Source: Malacoraja senta
Lineage: Eukaryota
Reading direction: 5' to 3'
NCBI GenBank assembly: GCA_038087875.1
Contig: CM075991.1
Span: 5,084,001-5,148,000, forward strand
DNA length: 64,000 bases
Position numbers and translations under genes: made by a program. Of the stretch, positions 11,646 through 23,692 are shown piece by piece (the stretch's first letter is position 1; each line of letters opens with the position of its first letter). The notes under the pieces are model-generated. The model saw only the letters and a program-made list of their open reading frames with translations, did not search any database and was not told the DNA's origin.

Positions 11646-14621
11646 AGAAACATAGAAACATAGAAAATATGTGCAGGAGTAGGCCATTCGGCCCTTCGAG
11701 CCTGCACCGCCATTTGATATGATCATGGCTGATCATCCAACTCAGTATCCCATCCGTGCCTTCTTTCCATACCCCCTGATCCCTTTACCCACAAGGGCCA
11801 CATCTAACTCCCTCTTAAATATAGCCAATGAACTGGCCTCAACTACCTTCTGTGGCAGAGAATTCCAAAGATTCACCACTCTCTGTGTAAAAAATGATTT
11901 CCTCATCTCGGTCCTAAAAGTCTTCCCTCTTATCCTTAAACTGTGACCCCCTTGTTCTGGACTTCCCCAACATCTGGAATAATCTTCCTGCATCTAGCCT
12001 GTCCAACCCCTTAAGAATTTTGTAAGTCTCTATAAGATCCCCCCTCAGTCTTCTGAATTCCAACGTGTACAAGCTGAGTCTATCCAGTCTTTCCTCATAT
12101 GAAAGTCCTGCCATCCCAGGAATCAGTCTGGTGAACCTTCTCTGTACTCCCTCTATGGCAAGAATGTCTTTCCTCAGATTAGGAGACCAAAACTGTACGC
12201 AATACTCCAGGTGTGGTCTCACCAAGACCCTGTACAACTGCAGTAGAACCTCCCTGCTCTTATACTCAAATCCTTTTGCTATGAATGCTAACATACCATT
12301 TGCTTTCTTCACTGCCTGCTGCACCTGCATGCCTACTTTCAATGACTGGTGTACCATGACATCCAGGTCTCGTTGCATCTCCCCTTTTCCTAATCGGCCA
12401 CCATTCAGATAATAGTCTACTTTCCTGTTTTTGCCACCAAAGTCGATAACCTCACATTTATCCACATTATACTGCATCTGCCATGCCTTTGCCCACTCAC
12501 CCAACCTATCCAAGTCACCTTGCAGCCTCCTAGCATCCTCCTCACAGCTAACACTGCCCCCCAGCTTCATGTCATCCGCCAATTTGGAGATGTTGCATTC
12601 AATTCCCTCGTCCAGATCATTAATATATATTGTAAATAGCTGGGGTCCCAGCACTGAGCCTTGCGGTACCCCACTAGTCACTGCCTGCCATTCTGAAAAG
12701 GACCCGTTTACTCCTACTCTTTGCTTCCTGTCTGCCAGCCAGTTCTCTATCCACATCAATACTGAACCCCCAATACCATGTACTTTAAGTTTGTATGCTA
12801 ATCTCTTATGTGGGACCTTGCCGAAAGCCTTCTGAATGTCCAGATATAACACATCCACTGGTTCTCCCTTATCCACTCTACTAGTTACATCCTCGAAAAA
12901 TTCTTTAAGATTCGTCAGACATGATTTACCTTTCATAAATCCATGCTGACTTTGTCCAATGAACTCACCACTTTCCAAATGTGCTGCTATCCCATCTTTA
13001 ATAACTGACTCCAGAATTTTCCCCACCACCGATGTTAGACTAACTGGTCTGTAATTCCCCGTTTTCTCTCTCCCTCCCTTTTTAAAAAAAGTGGGGTTAC
13101 ATTAGCTACCCTCCAGTCCTCAGGAACTACTCCAGAATCTAAAGAGTTTTGAAAAATTATCACTAATGCATCCACTATTTCTGCGGCTACTTCCTTAAGT
13201 ACTCTGGGATGCAACCTATCTGGCCCTGGGGATTTATCGGCCTTTAATCCATTCAATTTACCTAACACCACTTCCCGGCTAACCTGGATTTCACTCAGTT
13301 CCTCCATCTCATTTAACCCCCGGTCCCTTGCTATTTCCGGCAGATTATTTATGTCTTCCTTAGTGAAGACAGAACCAAAGTAATTATTCAATTGGTCTGC
13401 CATGTCCTTGTTCCCCATGATCAATTCGCCTGTTTCTGACTGCAAGGGACCTACATTTGTTTTAACTAATCTTTTCCTCTTGACATATCTATAAAAACGT
13501 TTGCAGTCAGTTTTTATGTTCCCTGCCAGTTTTCTTTCATAATCTTTTTTCCCTTTCCTAATTAAGCCTTTTGTCCTCCTCTGCTGGACTCTGAATTTCT
13601 CATAGTCCTCTGGTAGGCTGCTTGTTCTGGATAATTTGTAGGCTTCTTCTTTTGTTTTAATACTATCCCTGATTTCCCTTGTTATCCACGGATGCACTAC
13701 CTTCCCTGATTTATTCTTTTGCCAAACTGGGATGAACACTTGTTGTAGTTCATCCATGCAGTTTTTAAATGCCTTCCATTGCATATCCACCGTCAACCCT
13801 TTAAGAATCATTGGCCAGTCTATCTTGGCCAATTCACGTATCATACCTTCAAAGTCACCTTTCTTTAAGTTCAGGACCTTTGTTTCTGAATTAACAATGT
13901 CAATCTCCATCCTAATGAAGAACTCAACCATATTATGGTCACTCATGCCCAAGGGGCCACGCACAACAAGACTGCTAACTAACCCTTCCTCATTACTCAA
14001 TACCCAGTCTAGAATAGCCTGCTCTCTCGTTGGTTCTTCTACATGTTGGTTTAGAAAACTATCCCGCATACATTCCAAGAAATCATCTTCCTCAGCACCC
14101 CTGCCAATTTGATTCACCCAATCTATATGTAGATTGAAGTCACCCATTATAATGGTTTTACCTTTGTTGCACGCGTTTCTAATTTCCTGTTTGATGCCAT
14201 CCCCAACTCCACTACTACTGTTAGGTGGCCGGTACACCACTCCCACTAGCGTTTTCTGCCCCTTAGTGTTTCGCAGCTCTACCCATATCGATTCCACATC
14301 CTCCAAGCTAATGTCCTTCCTTTCTATTGCGTTAATCTCCTCTCTAACCAGCAACGCTACCCCGCCTCCTTTTCCTTTCTGTCTATCCCTCCTGAATATT
14401 GAATATCCCTGAATGTTCAGCTCCCAGCCTTGGTCACCCTGGAGCCATGTCTCCGTGATCCCAACTATATCATATTCATTAATAACTATCTGCACATTCA
14501 ACTCATCCACCTTATTACGAATGCTCCTTGCATTAAGATACAAAGCCTTCAGGCTTGTCTTTACAACACTCTTACCCCTTATACAGTTATGTTGAAAAGT
14601 GGCCCTTTTTGATTTTTGCCC
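11646..14621 (-). mobile_element. CR1-clade LINE covering essentially all of ORF2 (APE endonuclease + RT)
   Basis: ORFs 13035-14708, 11914-13029 and 11742-11993 join via two homopolymer frameshifts; (CATAGAAA)n tail; TGGTATAT at 11638-11645 and 14622-14629. Confidence 0.95.
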
Positions 14622-15264
14622 TGGTATATGTATGATACGGTGTGTGTTTACATATGCGTGCATGCACATGCAAATACAATACCCACACACCCGTGCCCAC
14701 AAACACACACATTCAAAGAAATGTTTGCATTCTAGTCCAATGCAAATAAATGCAGAAAAGTGCCTATATCAAATTCAAATGCCAAATAACAATCTTTCCA
14801 AAATGCCTCAGCTCAATAATATTTGGTTCTGCAATCTTATTTTTTAATGATTGTATTCAATTGATCAATTTGGACAATTTCTAGTTTTTATGTGAATGTC
14901 AGATGGAGAAATTTAAATGGCAAAGTCCTATTTAACTACAAAAGTGTTTTGATTTCAATCCCACCTGTTAGAGAATCTATAATCGCCTATTTAATTTACT
15001 TGATGTAATTTTCTTCTGCCTGTATTTAATTTTCTGTGGCCTGTTTTATCAAATATCTAAGTTACCCTGATGGTTAAAAGTATGTGATTAATTTCCTGAT
15101 ACAAATGGAGATTTATAAATAGAGCAAAAAACAAGGATAATTACCTTTTCAAATTCTTCTTGAGAAATGATTTGATGTATAGTTTTAGCGAACATCAACC
15201 CATCAACTCCTGTTAAGCTAATCATTTCTGTTTACTTGGTCAAATGTCAGCTGTTGCAAAGCGC

Positions 15265-15705
15265 ATTGTGGCGAATGAGTCAAAAGGTCCAGGTTTCGAG
15301 TTCCACTCCAGAGAATTGAGCACATAATTTCTCAAGTGGAACCTTATGCATGAACTATTAAACTAAGACTCATCTGTTCCCCTCAGGTTGATGTCAACAA
15401 TATCACGGCACTTCCTTGTAAAAGAAGATGGGAATTACCTGCAGTTTCTTGCAACAAAGATGATCTGGTAACTGCATATTGTGTGCAGGAAAGAACTGCA
15501 GATGCTGGTGTAAATCGAAGGTAGACCCGCTGAGTTACTCCAGCATTTTGTGTCTAACTGCATATACAGTAGTTCTTAGAGGGAGATCACAATAATCGAA
15601 TTGGCAGTAATATATTCTGCTTTAATTTCATGACTACAAGATACTTAACTGATTATAAAGTGCTTGAAGGCACCATGGAGAGATGCAAAAGGCACATTAG
15701 AAACG
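15265..15705 (+). mobile_element. Old Deu-domain SINE containing a collapsed PLE unit (15479-15554, TSD TAACTGCATAT)
   Basis: Head GAGTCAAAAGGT..GGTTTCGAGTTCCACTCCAGAGA..TGAGCACATAAT and Deu-like blocks; 3' AAAGGCAC.TTAGAAA. Confidence 0.55.
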
Positions 15706-16004
15706 TAATTGTTTCACTTTAATATCTTTAGTTAAATTAATAGAGATTTGCACTGTAACTTATATCTTGAAAAGCAACTATTAGTTGGCATGTTTAATGT
15801 TACCTCTAACTATACTGTCAATGTATAAAATAATTCCCTTCACTGGGAGGATTTGATAAAACATCATGAATGATGTTTATGACAAGAGAGAGGTAATGCC
15901 TGAATATTTAAGTTACCCTGTTACAAGTTACAACAAAGTTACAACAATTAACAATTAAAGTTACAACACCTTACAATTAAGTACAACAAAACATATGTTG
16001 TTGG

Positions 16005-16194
16005 TTCACATGCTTGATCAATGGTGTTTTATCATTAATGTTTTATTATTATTAATGTTTAGTGTTTTCTGAGTCATTCGTAACTGTCACTGTATGTCAT
16101 GTTGTTACTTGTGGGTGGAGCACCAAGGCAAATTCCTTGTATGTGAATACTTGGCCAATAACTTACTTACTTTCTTACTTACTTAATTTACTAC
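16005..16194 (+). mobile_element. LINE 3' UTR fragment (Rex1-like) with (CTTA)n tail
   Basis: GGAGCACCAAGGCAAATTCCTTGTATGTGAATACTTGGCCAATAA, repeated at 17770-17816. Confidence 0.6.
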
Positions 16195-16394
16195 NNNNNN
16201 NNNNNNNNNNNNNNNNNNNNNNNNNNNNNNNNNNNNNNNNNNNNNNNNNNNNNNNNNNNNNNNNNNNNNNNNNNNNNNNNNNNNNNNNNNNNNNNNNNNN
16301 NNNNNNNNNNNNNNNNNNNNNNNNNNNNNNNNNNNNNNNNNNNNNNNNNNNNNNNNNNNNNNNNNNNNNNNNNNNNNNNNNNNNNNNNNNNNNN
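16195..16394. other. Assembly gap (200 N)
   Basis: Run of N of round length; true size unknown. Confidence 1.
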
Positions 16395-17674
16395 ATTGTA
16401 GGTGAGCGTCTTACTCTCAGCTGTTGCATCCCAGAGTTCTTGTCATGTGATGTCCTTTGCCAAATTCACAGTCCTTCTCGTTTCTTCTTTTATTGAACTA
16501 CTAAATGAAAGGCAAACAAGCACGAGCTCGTTGTTTGCGTTGATGTTGCTATCGTCTACATTGGATTGCAAAGCATGCAGAGCACTGGGCTCATCTGGTT
16601 TACATTCACTCTCTATTGGTTAGCTCCCTGCATCTCGCCGTTAGAGCATTCGCCTACTCTCTTCCTTGCCTGTTTTATCCATCTTCCACTTCAATGCATC
16701 AGCACTCTTTACCACGACCACTTGTCGGCTCTGCGCTGGTCAATAGGTTGTTCTCAACAGCATCGGAAAATCAATCTCCGATCCCTCGAGATGCCGGGAG
16801 AATCCTGGAGCTCTTGACAACCCATAACTTCATGACCCTACACGCGCCATGCTCAGGGCCTCCACCTCAGATTAATGCACATGTGTAATGGGATAATTGG
16901 ATCATCTCATTAATCATGCTGCTTTCAGACAGCCCCTTCTAATCAGACACAGTGCCTCACTATTCGAGGGGAAATGGGTGGCAGACTCGAACCGCAGAAC
17001 TTAAGCAGCAGAGAGGAACAGACTGTCTTTTCTTTCATTTCTACAAGTCATTAATAACGCAAGATGGGAAGCTGAAAACAGTTTAGGATGACCTCAGTCA
17101 TGGGTCCATTCCAACAGCCCCTAATTAGCCCTGCCCGAAAATTAAATGAGAGGCTGGATTCAGGGACATTAGATCAACAATGTGCACAGCGTTGAGCAAT
17201 GAAACAATAAGACCCACTATTTAGACTTGCCCTGTTTGGATGGTTTTCTATCAAGGTTTGCAGCAATCCAAAACATAACACAGGCTGCAAATTGTTCATG
17301 TTTTTCCAACATGCTCCTAATTATATATTGACATAGTGTGGTCGCTGGGATTGCCAAGACTCGTCCATTAGCCGTGCGGGAGTAGTCAGCAAAGTCCTTA
17401 GTGGTTGTATGCATGATGATAATAGAAGCCAGGGTGGGCCCATCCAGTTCATCGAATTGTCCATGCCATCTCTTGCAAGCCTCGGGAGAAGCGCTGTATT
17501 TAAGACGTGTTGCCACAACCGAATCAGGAGAATTCCCCGAGCCGTCAAGACATTGGATTCACCGAGAGCTTGCTGTCGACACAGCTGTATCTCACTTACG
17601 GGTCCTGTTCCCAGAAACATTAACCAAATACTGTATACCTGATGGGGGTGGCCGTTTCAATAAAGCATTAGATC

Positions 17675-17840
17675 CATTGTTTAATCAATAATGGTTTTAT
17701 TATTAATGTTTAATGTTTCATGTATCACTCTTAACTATCATTGTATGTCATGTTGTCCACTTGTGGGCGGAGCACCAAGGCAAATATTCCTTGTATGTGA
17801 ATACTTGGCCAATAAACTTATTCATCCATTCATTTATTCA
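17675..17840 (+). mobile_element. Second copy of the same LINE 3' UTR, with (ATTC)n tail
   Basis: Direct similarity to 16005-16194. Confidence 0.6.
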
Positions 17841-18306
17841 AACATGACCTCCATTTTTGAGGACAATGCCTGTTTATAATTACTTTTTCATTGCCGGAGA
17901 GTAAAATTCAGTTTACTAAATTTGTATTACTCAAATGAAAGACAATGCCTTTTCTAGTTCAGCATTCCACTGTATATAATTCTTTGCCCAATCACCCAAA
18001 GGGGAACGCGGAGGGGGGAGGAGGTTTCTAGAGTCCTGGAGGCACAGTGCTTGAAGGTTGAAGGGTTAAGATTTTCATCATTTGAGTTGGAGAGCAGAGC
18101 AAACAGCTGGACTAGCCTGAATGAAACACAATTTATAACTGATCCGAAAGTGCTGGAGTAACTCAGCGGATCAGGCAGCATCTCTGGAGAACAGGGATAG
18201 GCAACATTTTGGGTTGTAGAAACATACAAACATAGAAAATAGGTGCAGGAGGAGGCCATTCGGCCCTTCGAGCCAGCACCGCCATTCATTGTGATCATGG
18301 CTGATC

Positions 18307-18452
18307 TTGGGGTGGGAGGTTGCAACCTTCACGTGGTCCACCCTGTTTCGACAAATGCAATCAACCCGGCGTGCAAAATCATATAAGATCAAATAGAACA
18401 AGTTGTCCGACAACTTTAGGCTGTGCACGCCATATGCAAGAAGAAGAAGAAG
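18307..18452 (+). mobile_element. 146-nt non-autonomous retroposon with HDV-like ribozyme head and (AAG)n tail, possibly Ingi/Vingi-derived
   Basis: 10-bp TSD ATGGCTGATC at 18297-18306 and 18453-18462; ends CGCCATATGC(AAG)5. Confidence 0.85.
18309..18362 (+). ncRNA. Minimal HDV/CPEB3-like self-cleaving ribozyme
   Basis: P1 GGGGUGG/CCACCCU with G1-U wobble, P2 GGUUGCA/UGCAAUC, P3 ACC/GGU, L3 UUCACGU, J1/4 GU, mini-P4 UUCGA, J4/2 CAAA with catalytic-C equivalent at 18352. Confidence 0.85.
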
Positions 18453-19184
18453 ATGGCTGATCGTCCCCTATCATTAACCCGTGCCTGCCTTCTCCCCATA
18501 TCCCTTGATTCCACTAGCCCCTAGAGCTCAATCTAACTCTCTCTTAAATCCATCCAGTGACATGGCCTCCACTGCTCTCTGTGGCAAAGAATTCCATAAA
18601 TTCCCAACTCTCTGGATGAAAACGTTTTTTCTCACCTCAGTCTTAAATGACCTCCCCTTTATTCTAAGACTGGCCCCTGGTTCTGGTCTCGCCCAACATT
18701 GGGAACATTTTTCCTGCATCTAGCTTGTCCTTGTCCAGTCCTGTGACCATTCTTCAGTAGTGTTCTTCACAAGATCACACCACCTGCAGTCCCTTGTATC
18801 TCAAAACTGATCACAATGCTTAGAGTCCACCTTAACTGGGAACTTTCTTCTGATTTGACCCAAAATCTCAAGCTGCAGGGATGTCATTTCACATGGAAAA
18901 AACAATTCACAAGGTAGTGCATGGTGGCTGATGTGTCACCTGCTTTCATGCAGGCAATGTGCTAATGCTTACACCTTGAGATCCCTGGACCACGTAGGGA
19001 GCAGAAATATGGATATCTTTAGCAAAACAACAAAAGACTGGAGGAACTCAACAGGTCAGGCAGCATCTGTGGAGGCAATGAAGAGACGATGTTTCGGGTT
19101 TTAAGTGTTGTGTGGACATCTGAAATATGTTGCTCAGAATTCTCGCATAAACACTGATTCATCGCATTTAAGTGTTTTTCAGTT

Positions 19185-19450
19185 ATTTCAGTTTAGTTTA
19201 TTGTCATTTGTACCATGGTACAGTGAAAAACTTTTGTTGCGTGCTATCCAGTCAGCAGAAAGGCAATACATGATTATAATTGAGCCAAACTGTGTATATT
19301 GTATTTACAGTGTATTACAGTACATTTACAGTACAGTACAAGGGATTAACGTTTTGTGTGAGGAAAAGCCAGCAAAGTCCGATCAAGGAAAGTCCGAGGG
19401 TCACCAAAGAGCTAGATAGTAGTTTCGCACTGTTCTCTGGTTGTGGTAGA
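19185..19450 (-). mobile_element. Rex1/Babar-like LINE 3' UTR fragment
   Basis: GTTTAGTTTATTGTCA..GGTACAGTGAAAA.CTTTTGTTGCGTGCTA is the reverse complement of the tail that follows the Rex1 coding remnant at 30900-31555. Confidence 0.7.
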
Positions 19451-19844
19451 AAGATGTATTTGCTTGATAACAGCTGCTTTTCTTTAATAATTTGTGACAT
19501 TTTCTTATGTATGTCTTAAATGCTTATACTTAAACTCTTGATGTTATACATGACAGTTATATTATCTTGCACTTAATGGGAGACAAGCATTCTATTTGAA
19601 AATTACCAAAAGCACTGATTACAGTCGGACTGAGTATGCACAGCTGAGTACAACTAGAGTCTGGTACATCTGGTACTGATGATCACATGAGAATATTTAA
19701 TTGTCTCTTGGTTGTAAACATTTTAATGCTGAGTGGAATCATTGTGAGGGTTTGCAGGGGAAAATGCCTGGGGAGGGGTGGAAACGTTGAGTGAATCAAG
19801 CCCCCTCCCCATCCACTTTCCCCTACAACCACAGAAGATGAAGC

Positions 19845-19940
19845 AACTGCCGCTACACCTCATCTCCCACTTCCATCCATGGACAACAACAGCCTTTCCA
19901 GGTGAGACGGGCTCACTTGGTCCTCTTCCAACCTCGTCTG
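19845..19940 (+). mobile_element. Penelope-like endonuclease remnant
   Basis: Reads C.YTSSPTSIHGQQQPFQVR, resembling the segment that precedes the GIY-YIG motif in PLE proteins. Confidence 0.55.
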
Positions 19941-19986
19941 GTAATACGGCTGAGACCCCTTTGTCTCCTCCAGACTTTGCCGTCAT

Positions 19987-20505
19987 CAGTCAGAGTATTG
20001 AGTATAGAAGTTTGGAGCTCATGTTGCAGTTATATGAGACGTTGGCGAAGCACATTGTGTTCAGTTCCGGGAACCATGTTATTGGAAAGATTTTGCCAAG
20101 CTGGAAAGGACGCAGAGAAGATTTACGAGGATGTTGCCAGGACTCGAGGGTCTGAGATTCTTGGAGTGCAGGAGGATGAGGGGTGATCTTATAGAGGTGT
20201 GCAAAATCATGAGAGGGTAAATGTACAGAGTTTCTTGCCCAGAGTAGCGGAATTAAGAACCAGAGGACACAGATTTAAGGTGAAGGGGGAAAGATTTAAT
20301 AGGAACATGAGGGGTAACTTTTTTACACAAAGGTTGATAGATGTATGCAACGAGTTGTCGGCGGAGGTAGTTAAGGCAGGTACTATCGCAACGGTTAGGA
20401 AACATTTAGACAGGTACATGGATAGGATAGGTTTAGAGGGATAAGAATCAAATGTGGACAAGTGGGACTAATATAGATGGGGCATGTTGGTCAGTGTGGG
20501 CAAGT
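19987..20505 (+). mobile_element. Old CR1 3' fragment
   Basis: LQLYETL, TRGHRFKVKGERFNRNMRGNFFTQR. Confidence 0.85.
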
Positions 20506-20686
20506 ATGTGTGTGTGTGTGTTTGGGTGTGTGTGTGTATGTGTGTCTCTGTGTGTGTGTTCGTGTATTCGTGTATCTTCATGTGTGTGTGTTCATGTGTT
20601 TGGGACTGGGGATTTGTTTTATTTCCCAAACCAAAGCAGAGATTGCACATTTTAAGTGGTGTCAGTCCAGCTTCCAGCTTCACCTT

Positions 20687-20815
20687 GTCTGAAGAAGGGT
20701 CTCGACCCGAAACGTAAGTCTGAAGAAAGGTCTCGACCTGAAACGTCACCCATTCCTTCTCTCCAAAGTTGCTACCTGTCTCATTGAGTTGCTCCAGCAT
20801 TTTGTGTCTATCTTC
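20687..20815 (+). mobile_element. PLE-derived unit with two tandem hammerhead cores
   Basis: CTGAAGAAGGGTCTCGACCCGAAACGTA (20689-20716) followed by CTGAAGAAAGGTCTCGACCTGAAACGTC (20720-20747). Confidence 0.75.
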
Positions 20816-21444
20816 ACCTAATCGACAGTTCACCTTCTACGTGCAGGCTCTCCTGATGCAACCCAAGCAGGTTGGCTGAAGTCCAACAGGCTATTGGGTT
20901 ATCAACACCTTTATGCCCTCCCTTCAATTTGACAGTCCCAATCTGGCACAATCTGATGCTAGGGTACAATCTCCAACAGGCTGTGTAATATCTTACTCAT
21001 CGATTTTCATGAAAAATTCAGAATTTTTTACGTACCATTTGGAAATTCCCCACATAATTATTAGCAGGTTTGGGACCCCCCCTCACACACGTCCCTGACT
21101 GTAGGAAGTCCGACGTTTCTTCAGAAGCCCCTGTCTTTGCTATCCCGACCTTGTACTGAACTCGGCATGGAGACCAACAGTAACGTACCACTGAGCTTTC
21201 CAAAAGTTATTCTGGGGTTTCTAGTACTGAATCTGTACCAAGTTAGATCTGCCACACGTTTGCCAACCCTAATCATTTCACTGGAGACCAGCTTTGGTGA
21301 GAGAAGTAAATTTCCGGCATGTTGCCTATTCTTAATTTAATTGTCTCATCATTTCCTGATTTTATTTCGGATTATTTTAATCTGCAGGAATTACCCCTTA
21401 ATCAAATCATGGTCACTTTGCTTCGGGCTGCACTTGGGACAGAG

Positions 21445-21800
21445 ACCATAGAACAGTGCAGCACAGGAACAGGCCCTTCGGCCCACAATGTTTGTGCTGA
21501 ACATGATGCCTAGTTGAGCTGATCGCATCTGCTTGTACATGATCCATATCTCCCTATGTTGTGCACTTCCATGTGCCTATCCAAAAGCTTCTTAAACACC
21601 ACTATAGTATCTGCCTCCACCAGCACCCCTGGCAGTGCGTTCCAGACCCCTACCATTCTCTGTGTAAAAACCTTGTCCTGCACATCTCCATTCAACTTTC
21701 CCCCTTCACCTTTATAGCTATGCCCTCTAGTGTTGAACTTATCCACCTTGTGAAAAAGGTTCTGACTGTCAATGCTTCTCATAATTTTATATCCTTAAAA
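21445..21800 (-). mobile_element. Old CR1 3' fragment
   Basis: TRGHSYK..FTQRMVGVWNALP. Confidence 0.85.
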
Positions 21801-23004
21801 GCTTAGGAACTTTGTTGAATATGAATTCACTTTTAGATTTTAATAGATCGAATGATTGAAGCTGGCACTGATTATAAGAAACGTTTTGACCACTGAGAGA
21901 GATCAGCATATTGGTGGTTCAGTATTCGGCGCCAAAAAAATAATCTACCCCGATAAGATATTGTTCCAGACAAAAGGATTGCAGATGCAGATATCTGAAA
22001 ATGCTGGAAATACTCGGTAGATCAAGCAGCATCTGGGGAGAGAGAAAAACAGATCAACACTGCAGGTCAAAGATTTTCATCAAGATTTTTCCAGTCTTTT
22101 CGGTAATTTTGTTCAAATTTTGGAATTTTAGTTGTTCGTGGTGTAGTTCCGTGACTTTAAACACTTTGCTGCTTCTTCACTGATTTAATGAGATAAGAAT
22201 AGTTTCCGCTCCTGTGGAACTGGAGGATTTAATTACCAAGACAGTGGAATCAACACATTTCAGAATCTCAACAACTGGAACTTGGGGAGGGACAGATCTA
22301 TTCACGGGGAAGAGACTGATTTGAAAGGTGTGTGAAGGGAGCTAAGTTCCATGTGTTTGTGTGCCAGGCTGTGTTCAGTACCATATAATTATTTGAACTT
22401 GGGACAGTGCCTGATCTGCCATCGCTCATTTCTTGTATTTTTTGTGATCAGTGGACAAAGCAAGAAACACACAGAAAGTTTGCTCATTTCCATTCCAGTT
22501 TTGTTTCCAGATGTTAATATCCTCACTTGAATTATTGAAATATCAGACATCGAGACTTAAGTGACGCAGGTAAACAAAGACATCGCTCCACTGGATAACT
22601 TCCCATCCCAACTCCACGATCCTCTGGGAGAGGCGGAGAAGTGAAAAATCCTGGAAATTCCTGTTCCTTAGGTGTTTGGGAATAGTTCAGGATATCTGAA
22701 CTCTGGCTCTGATTCTAGCCAGATGAGGCAATACATTCCATGGTGAATGATTTTCCACTTGCGCTATCTGAACACCAAGTCTACTCTCTTGTGTGATGTT
22801 CAGGCTTGAAGGAAACTATCGGCAAATCTTTCCTCAGGGTGTGAACTCTAATGGATCTTTTTTTTCTCATTTCAAAATAGACTTTATTCGAGAAATAAAT
22901 ATAACCAATACATGTGTAAGAAGGAACTGCAGATGCTGGTTTAAACCAAAGATAGACAGAAAAAGCTGGTGTAACTCAGAGGGACAGGTAGCATCTCTGG
23001 AGAA

Positions 23005-23692
23005 AAGGTTTCATAGGAATCTGAGGGGTAACCTTTTCTCACAAAGGGTGGTTGGTGTATGGAACGAGCTGCCAGAAGAGGGAGTTGTATAGGGACTATC
23101 ACAATGTTTAAGAAGCAATTAGACAGGTACATGGATAGGACAGATTTAGAGGGATATTGGCCAAACGCAGGCAAGAGGGACTACTGTAGATGGGACACGT
23201 TGGTCGGTATGGGCAAGTTGGACTAAAGGGCCTGTTTCCACGCTGTATGACTCTATGAGAAGGATGACAGTTTGCAGGATGACTACATGGAGCTGATGGC
23301 TGCAACATGATGGCCAGCTCCAGCTGTGACTGCGAAATGGCGCCAAAACCTGGCGACTCTTGCATTTGGACTCAGTGGGCTGATTCTTTTCATTATGCGC
23401 TAACTGGGTATTTTACAAATGTATTGCAGGCCATTTAGAACTGAGATGAGGAAAATCTTTTTCACCCAGGGAGTTGTGAATCTGTGGAATTGGCCTCAGA
23501 AGGCAGTGGAGGCCAATTCTCTGGATGCGTTCAAGAGAGAGTTAAATAGAGCTCTTAAAGAAAGCGGAGTCAAGGGATATGGGGAGAAGGCTGGAACGGA
23601 GTACTGATTGTCGATGATTAGCCATGATCACATTGAATAGCAGTGCTGGCTCGAAGGGCTGAATTGCCTACACCTGCATCTATTGTCTATTG
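23005..23692 (+). mobile_element. Two CR1 3' fragments (~23005-23258 and ~23425-23692)
   Basis: FSQRVVGVWNELP and FFTQGVVNLWN, each followed by a microsatellite-like tail. Confidence 0.8.

Larger units (their letters stand above)
18217..18730 (-). mobile_element. CR1 3' fragment hosting the ribozyme-headed insertion
   Basis: (CATAGAAA)-type tail and FIQRVGNLWNSLPQRAVEA. Confidence 0.9.

Noticed and set aside
14622..14708. N-terminus MCLWARVCG.. of the 557-aa ORF
   Set aside because: Lies outside the CR1 TSD in CA-rich flank; fortuitous read-through.
16395..16890. CpG-richer stretch after the gap, possibly coding
   Set aside because: The frames I read are interrupted by stops and give no recognisable peptide.
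16870..17160. TAAT-rich stretch resembling a conserved enhancer
   Set aside because: Cannot be supported without cross-species alignment.
16005..17840. Direct repeats 1.65 kb apart as possible LTRs
   Set aside because: Both end in microsatellite tails like LINE 3' UTRs, lack TG..CA ends and a PBS, and an assembly gap lies between them.
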